Part shown: positions 63,295-64,000 of the stretch, piece by piece
Numbering within the stretch: position 1 is the first letter of the stretch
Layout: each line of letters starts with the position of its first letter
Assembly: GCA_013388635.1 (NCBI GenBank)
Contig: JACAEX010000080.1
Span: forward strand, 5,803-69,802
DNA length: 64,000 nt
Source: Syntrophaceae bacterium
GTDB lineage: Bacteria; Desulfobacterota; BSN033; UBA1163
Reading direction: 5' to 3'
Notes under the pieces: generated by a model
Database searches by the model: none
What the model was told of the DNA's origin: nothing
The model's input: the letters and a program-made list of their open reading frames with translations, nothing else
Program-made: the position numbers and the translations under genes

Positions 63295-64000
63295 CTAAAC
63301 GATCCCTTTTAGTTCGGTCTTCTTCTCACCCCCTTTGAGCCAATCCCGGATAAGGTTGACGAGCCCCTGCGGAGCATAGAGAATTGTGAGGATATAGATC
63401 GTTCCCAGGATGAGCAGCCAGCGCTGGGTGTAGGCACTGATGAAGTTCTTCAGGAAGACGATAATCCCCGCGCCCAGGGCCGGGCCGACCAGGGTTCCCG
63501 GACCACCTAAGATGACCATCAGGATGATCTCGATCGATGCGGTGAGATCCATATTATAAGGGCTGATGAAACCGTCAAAATAGGCCCACAGGACACCCGC
63601 TACACTGCCAAAGGCCGCTGCAGAAACGTAACTCAGGTACTTGTGGAGCCATGTATGATAACCCAGAACCCGCATCCGGGATTCGCTTTCCCGAATCCCC
63701 TTGAGACTGTGGCCAAAAGGCGATCGGACATAGATCGCCATCAGGATCAGGCAGACCAGAAAGAAGACGAGGATCATATAATAATAGGTGAGAGGGTCCT
63801 TCAGGGAGAGAGGCAGCCCGAGATCGGGTCTCGGGATCCCAGAGATGCCGTTGTCCCCTCCGGTCATCGTGACCCAGCGGAAGGCGAGTCCCCAGAGGAC
63901 CATTCCCAAGGCCAATGTGATGATCAGAAAATAGACTCCAGTCGCATGAGCGACCAGCAGGCCAAAGATCATACTGATCGCGGTTGCGACTCCAATCCCA
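63295..64000 (-). CDS. branched-chain amino acid ABC transporter permease (LivM/LivH family), 5' end probably beyond window
   Basis: Polytopic membrane protein. The ORF appears to run to the window edge, so the tracked Met at 63972 is probably internal. Confidence 0.65.
   Translation of the reverse strand, partial: GIGVATAISMIFGLLVAHATGVYFLIITLALGMVLWGLAFRWVTMTGGDNGISGIPRPDLGLPLSLKDPLTYYYMILVFFLVCLILMAIYVRSPFGHSLKGIRESESRMRVLGYHTWLHKYLSYVSAAAFGSVAGVLWAYFDGFISPYNMDLTASIEIILMVILGGPGTLVGPALGAGIIVFLKNFISAYTQRWLLILGTIYILTILYAPQGLVNLIRDWLKGGEKKTELKGIV

Overview
This is a chromosomal window from a GC-rich anaerobe whose gene content looks Desulfobacterota-like or syntroph-like. All calls come from reading the sequence and the ORF track; no searches were run. 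I anchored coordinates on ORF-track coordinates. Most features I placed by hand were checked by counting bases from those anchors; a few (for example 15283-15350, 21793-21818, 23020-23042) are approximate. Hand-placed features may still be off by 1-2 nt.

On the plus strand I find the following.
- A sugar-phosphate isomerase gene followed by a TRAP transporter (dctPQM) and a GntR regulator.
- A pyruvate:ferredoxin oxidoreductase operon, porGDAB. It is translationally coupled to a NuoE-like gene and to a NuoF-like gene that carries an N-terminal 2Fe-2S domain and two C-terminal 4Fe-4S ferredoxin domains. A free-standing NuoG-N-terminal-like 2Fe-2S/4Fe-4S protein and an hsp20 gene follow.
- Further along, a long catabolic cluster: GntR, an RraA-like aldolase, an Ldh_2-family dehydrogenase, a tungsten-type aldehyde:ferredoxin oxidoreductase, an SDR, a cupin, a creatininase-family protein, a Zn-ADH and a second TRAP system.
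- Then maf-yggS-lipoprotein and lysA-dapF-dapB.

On the minus strand I find the following.
- A lipoprotein operon: YHS-domain membrane protein, DUF4398 protein, and an OmpA-domain protein with a very proline-rich linker.
- folK and tatA.
- A selenium locus: tRNA-Sec (selC, anticodon UCA) with its own sigma70-like promoter, then DUF167-pgeF-rluD-selA, a B12-binding radical SAM gene, and a metallophosphoesterase-like gene.
- A periplasmic formate dehydrogenase, fdhE-fdhB-fdhA. The fdhA reading frame is continuous through an in-frame TGA (selenocysteine) that joins two tracked ORFs.
- ftsY, the hrcA-grpE-dnaK heat-shock operon, a yhaM-like HD exoribonuclease, thiL, lon, and an rfaE-domain-II adenylyltransferase.
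- glcD/glcF-like FAD/Fe-S oxidase, an HMGL-like synthase, a cyclic amidohydrolase, an MBL-fold hydrolase and a Liv-type ABC transporter.

Four things stand out.
- First, a candidate new selenoprotein at 20418-21563. It is a 5'-nucleotidase-like metallophosphoesterase with degenerate metal ligands. It contains an in-frame TGA inside a CPGU (CxxU) motif. It heads the operon that contains selA.
- Second, the Por-NuoE/F/G-like module, which looks like a pyruvate-oxidising, NAD(P)-linked flavin complex.
- Third, a 242-bp MITE-like element with perfect 22-bp terminal inverted repeats.
- Fourth, a family of period-7 (heptad) tandem repeats at gene boundaries (AGTTCNR/AGATTTC units; a related ATTTCAA/TTGAAAT motif has period 7-8). 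Some of these form large palindromes.
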